Origin: Betaproteobacteria bacterium
GTDB taxonomy: Bacteria; Pseudomonadota; Gammaproteobacteria; Burkholderiales; SG8-39
Reading direction: 5' to 3'
Assembly (NCBI GenBank): GCA_022340705.1
Contig: JAJDNJ010000169.1
Location: 1-47,560, forward strand
Length of the DNA: 47,560 bases
A model generated the notes under the pieces. The model searched no databases. It was not told where the DNA came from and was given only the letters and a program-made list of their open reading frames with translations. The translations under genes were made by a program, and so were the position numbers. Shown piece by piece: positions 43,875 to 47,560 of the stretch (positions are counted from its first letter, which is position 1; each line of letters starts with the position of its first letter).

Positions 43875-43980
43875 CGGGACACGGCGCAGGCGCCGCGGCC
43901 CTGTTTCAGGGTTATCGACTACCGCTCGATCGGATCGACGACTCACGCAGCGCGCGCACCCTGAACCGTCGAGCGGGGAA
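43875..43980 (-). promoter_or_regulatory. rpsB 5' leader (S2 autoregulatory / t44-like structured RNA) with pseudoknot
   Basis: Minus strand CCGCTCGA..TTCAGGGT..TCGAGCGG..ACCCTGAA: two interleaved perfect 8-bp pairings including the GGGU motif, then a GC hairpin just before the SD. Confidence 0.75.
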
Positions 43981-44032
43981 TTTCGGCCCGCACCGCCCGG
44001 AATTTGACTGGGCCGGAACGAGTCGACCCGAA

Positions 44033-44041
44033 ATGTTAGCA
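44033..44041 (-). promoter_or_regulatory. Putative extended -10 for rpsB (TGCTAACAT)
   Basis: Minus strand TTATGCTAACATTT, upstream of the structured leader. Confidence 0.45.
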
Positions 44042-44143
44042 TAATCAGGCACAAAGGGCGAAGACCGCAGAACCCCCGGCCGGGTCGGGGCAGCGGTTTG
44101 CGACCCCCTCAATCCATTTGCTTATCCTGCGCGCTTTTTTGCT

Positions 44144-44950
44144 ATGCCCGTAGTCGTCAAGACGCCCGACGAGATCGAGCGCATGCGCATCGCGGGCCGC
44201 CTCGCGGCCGAGGTGCTTGATTTCATCACCCCTTGGGTCGTCGCGGGCGTGTCGACGGAGGAACTCGATGCGCGCTGCCACGACTACATGACGCGCGTGC
44301 AGGGGACCGTGCCGGCGCCGCTGAACTACGCGCCACCCGGCTACAAGCCGTTCCCCAAGTCGATTTGCACGTCGGTCAATCATGTCGTCTGCCACGGCAT
44401 TCCGCGGCAGGACAAGCGCCTCAAGGCGGGCGATATCCTGAACATCGACGTGACCGTGATCAAGGATGGTTTCCACGGCGACTCCAGCCGCATGTTCTTT
44501 GTCGGCGAACCGCGCATTCAGGCGCGCCGCCTGGTGGAAGTGACTTACGCCTGCATGTGGCACGGCATTCGCCAGGTGCGACCCGGCGCACGCCTCGGAG
44601 ATATCGGCGCGGCGATTCAGGCGCATGCCGAATCGCAGGGCTACAGCGTGGTGCGCGAATTCTGCGGCCATGGAATCGGTCGCCGGTTCCATGAGGAACC
44701 GCAGGTGCTGCATTACGGCAAGCCAGGCACCGGTTTGGTTCTCGAGACGGGCATGACGTTCACCATCGAGCCGATGATCAACGCCGGCAAGGCGGGAATC
44801 CGCGAACTGTCCGACGGCTGGACCATCGTCACGAAGGACCACAGCCTGTCCGCGCAATGGGAGCACACGGTTCTGGTCACGGACCAGGGATTCGAGGTGC
44901 TCACGCAATCGGCGGGCACGCCTGCGCCGCCTGCCGAGGTCCTCGGCTAG
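44144..44950 (+). CDS. map: Methionine aminopeptidase type I
   Basis: SICTSVN.VVCHGIP, NIDVT, GDSSRMF, GHGIG..FHEEP, FTIEPM, SAQWEHT. Confidence 0.98.
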   Translation: MPVVVKTPDEIERMRIAGRLAAEVLDFITPWVVAGVSTEELDARCHDYMTRVQGTVPAPLNYAPPGYKPFPKSICTSVNHVVCHGIPRQDKRLKAGDILNIDVTVIKDGFHGDSSRMFFVGEPRIQARRLVEVTYACMWHGIRQVRPGARLGDIGAAIQAHAESQGYSVVREFCGHGIGRRFHEEPQVLHYGKPGTGLVLETGMTFTIEPMINAGKAGIRELSDGWTIVTKDHSLSAQWEHTVLVTDQGFEVLTQSAGTPAPPAEVLG

Positions 44951-44953
44951 GAC

Positions 44954-47542
44954 ATGGCCGCTGCCCTGCTCGAAGCCGGCGTTGCGGAGCACTGGAATCG
45001 GCATCTCCAGGCCGGACGCGAGCGACTACGGGCTGAGTACCTGCGCCGGCCCGCTCCGCGCCAACTGCTGCACGCGCATGCCCGGCTCGTCGACGGCGTG
45101 CTGCGCGGGCTATGGACGCAGCTCAACCCGGCGCGCGGTGCGGCGCTGGTGGCAACTGGTGGATACGGGCGCGGAGAGCTGTTTCCGTACTCGGACGTCG
45201 ACGTCCTGATCCTGCTCGAGCGCCCGCCGGACATCGAGGAACGGGAAAGACTGGAGCGTCTCGTCAGCCTGTTCTGGGACGTCGGTCTCGAGATTGGCCA
45301 CGGCGTACGCACGCTGGAGGAATGTCTGGCCGCGGCCGAGGAGGACATTACAGTGCGCACCACCTTGCTCGAGGCGCGGCTGCTGGCCGGTAGCCGCAAG
45401 CGCTTCGCCGAGCTGAGCAGCACAGTGGCGAGCACGACCGATCCGACATCCTACTTCGAGGCGAAACGCCTGGAGCAGGAGCAGCGCCACGCGCGCCACC
45501 AGGACACGGCCTACGCACTGGAACCCAATCTCAAGGAGGCACCGGGCGGACTGCGCGACCTGCACGTGATTCAGTGGGTCGGTCGTGCCAGCGGCATCGG
45601 CGCGCGCTGGAGCGACCTCGCGCACAGCGGCCTGGTCGATCACGTCGAGGAGGGTCAGCTGACGCGCCTGGAGGCACGCCTCCAGAACCTGCGCATCCGC
45701 CTGCACTACTTGGCGCAGCGGCGCGAGGACCGCCTGATCTTCGATCTCCAATCCGCTCTCGCCGCGCAGCTCGGACTGAAGGACAGCGCGACCCGCCGCG
45801 CGAGCGAGCTCATGATGCAGGGGTACTACCGTACCGCAAAGTCCGTCACCCAGCTCAATACCCTGCTGCTGCGGACCTTCGAAGCCCGGCTGGCACCTGC
45901 GCCGGACACGCGCGCGCACCCGCTCAACGAGCGATTTAGCGTACGCGGCGAGCTGCTCGAGGCCGCTCGTGAAAACCTTTTCGAGCAGGAGCCGCGCGCC
46001 ATTCTCGAAGCCTTTCTGCTGATGCAGCAGCATCAGGAAATTCGCGGCATGACACCCATGACCCAGCGTGCGCTGTGGCGCGCGCGGACGCACATCGACG
46101 CGAAGTTCCGGCGCGATACGCTGGCCCGCCTGCTGTTTATCCTACTGCTCCAGCAGCCGCGCGGAATCGTGCACGAGCTGCGCCGCATGAATCAGTATGG
46201 CGTGCTCGGCCGTTACCTTCCGGAATTCGGGCGCATCGTGGGTCAGATGCAGCACGACCTGTTTCACGTCTACACCGTGGACCAGCACATTCTGATGGTC
46301 GTGCGCAACCTGCGCCGCTTCACGATGCCCGAGCTGGCGCACGAATTTCCTCTGTGCACGCGTCTGATGACGAACTTCAGCCGGCGCTGGCTGCTTTTCA
46401 TTGCGGCGCTGTATCACGATATCGCCAAGGGCCGCGGTGGCGATCATTCCGAGCTAGGCGCGCGCGATGCACGGCGCTTTTGCAGGCGGCACGGCCTTTC
46501 GGCCGAGGACAGCGCGCTGGTGGAATTCCTGGTGGAGTGCCACCTTGTGATGTCGTCGGTGGCGCAAAAGCAGGACGTCTCCGATCCCGACGTGGTCCAG
46601 GCCTTTGCCGAGCGCGTCGGCACGGAACGACGCCTGATCGCGCTCTACTTGCTGACCGTGGCCGACGTTCGCGGCACGAGTCCAAAGGTATGGAACGCCT
46701 GGAAGGCCAAGCTGCTCGAGGACCTGTTTCGCGCCGCGCGCCGCGCGCTCACGGGCGATGCGGTTCCCGTGGACGCCGTCCTGTCGGCCAAGCAGGACGA
46801 GGCGCTGCGCCTGCTGCGCCTCTATGCATTGCCGGAAAGCGCAAAGGACCGCCTCTGGGGCCAGCTCGATACGCCGTACTTCCTGCGCCACGACGCGCAG
46901 GAGATCGCCTGGCAGACCCGTCAGCTCTACGCGCGCGTCGATGCCGGCCGCGCGGTGGTCAGGGCGCGATTGGCGCCCATTGGCGAGGGGCTCCAGGTCA
47001 TGGTCTATGCGCCCGACCGCGATGGCCTGTTCGCGCACATCTGCGGGTACTTCGGGCGTGCCGGCTACAACATCGCAGAAGCGAAAGTTCACACCACGCG
47101 GCATCGCTACGCGCTCGACACCTTTCTCGTCCTCGGCCGCGGCCCGGGCGTGCATTACCGCGACATGATCCGGATCCTGGAGAAAGAACTCACCGACGAG
47201 CTGGAGTCGAACGCGCCGCTGCCCGCGCCGCGCAGCGGACGGCTTTCGCGGCGCGTGCGCCATTTTCCCGTCTCCCCGGTGGTCGACCTGCGACCGGATG
47301 AGCGCGGCACCTATCAGGTGCTGTCGATCGTCGGCAACGACCGTCCGGGGCTGCTCGACGCGATCGCGCGCGTGCTGGCCGAACACAAGGTCAGCGTGCA
47401 CACCGCGAAGATCAACACCCTTGGTGACCGGGCAGAGGACGTCTTTCTGGTCTCGGGCGAGGTGCTCAACCGCCCGAAGGCCGTGCTGCGCCTCGAGCAG
47501 GAGCTGTTCCGCACGCTGCAGGTCGACGACCGACGCGACTGA
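44954..47542 (+). CDS. glnD: [Protein-PII] uridylyltransferase / uridylyl-removing enzyme
   Basis: GGYGRGEL.PYSDVD, EPNLKEAPGGLRD, HVYTVDQH, HDIAKGRG, two C-terminal ACT domains; follows map. Confidence 0.98.
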   Translation: MAAALLEAGVAEHWNRHLQAGRERLRAEYLRRPAPRQLLHAHARLVDGVLRGLWTQLNPARGAALVATGGYGRGELFPYSDVDVLILLERPPDIEERERLERLVSLFWDVGLEIGHGVRTLEECLAAAEEDITVRTTLLEARLLAGSRKRFAELSSTVASTTDPTSYFEAKRLEQEQRHARHQDTAYALEPNLKEAPGGLRDLHVIQWVGRASGIGARWSDLAHSGLVDHVEEGQLTRLEARLQNLRIRLHYLAQRREDRLIFDLQSALAAQLGLKDSATRRASELMMQGYYRTAKSVTQLNTLLLRTFEARLAPAPDTRAHPLNERFSVRGELLEAARENLFEQEPRAILEAFLLMQQHQEIRGMTPMTQRALWRARTHIDAKFRRDTLARLLFILLLQQPRGIVHELRRMNQYGVLGRYLPEFGRIVGQMQHDLFHVYTVDQHILMVVRNLRRFTMPELAHEFPLCTRLMTNFSRRWLLFIAALYHDIAKGRGGDHSELGARDARRFCRRHGLSAEDSALVEFLVECHLVMSSVAQKQDVSDPDVVQAFAERVGTERRLIALYLLTVADVRGTSPKVWNAWKAKLLEDLFRAARRALTGDAVPVDAVLSAKQDEALRLLRLYALPESAKDRLWGQLDTPYFLRHDAQEIAWQTRQLYARVDAGRAVVRARLAPIGEGLQVMVYAPDRDGLFAHICGYFGRAGYNIAEAKVHTTRHRYALDTFLVLGRGPGVHYRDMIRILEKELTDELESNAPLPAPRSGRLSRRVRHFPVSPVVDLRPDERGTYQVLSIVGNDRPGLLDAIARVLAEHKVSVHTAKINTLGDRAEDVFLVSGEVLNRPKAVLRLEQELFRTLQVDDRRD

Positions 47543-47560
47543 CTCAGGCCTCCGGCGGCA

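Overview
GC-rich (visually about 65-70%) betaproteobacterial chromosome segment, mostly housekeeping. From the left: the tail of a catabolic operon (NicX-like dioxygenase, alpha/beta hydrolase, acyl-CoA dehydrogenase-fold flavoprotein, AMP-ligase); DUF1178; a dif-like XerCD site at 3978-4005, which suggests this is the replication terminus; ankyrin-holB-tmk-mltG; ygfZ-DUF4936-NRDE; GNAT; a class II aldolase/SDR fusion coupled to mtnA and an MFS carrier; a LIV-type ABC importer; guaB-guaA-tadA-L,D-transpeptidase-BON; ratAB/smpB; ppsA/ppsR; the rpsB-tsf-pyrH-frr-uppS-cdsA-dxr-rseP-bamA-skp-lpxD-fabZ-lpxA-lpxB cluster; and map-glnD. I saw no tRNA, rRNA, CRISPR array, integrase or transposase. The most notable signals are: (1) a full-length LpxB that has lost a catalytic Asp and its membrane-binding helix, with rnhB missing from its usual position; (2) sharp AT-rich islands around dif and inside ppsA that override coding bias and carry IHF-like and palindromic motifs; (3) an aldolase-SDR/MtnA/MFS module that may be a variant SAM by-product (DHAP shunt) pathway; (4) an uncharacterised NicX-like ring-cleavage operon; (5) a hairpin that separates a strong SD from the livH start codon. 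All family assignments come from motif recognition by eye, not from database searches.
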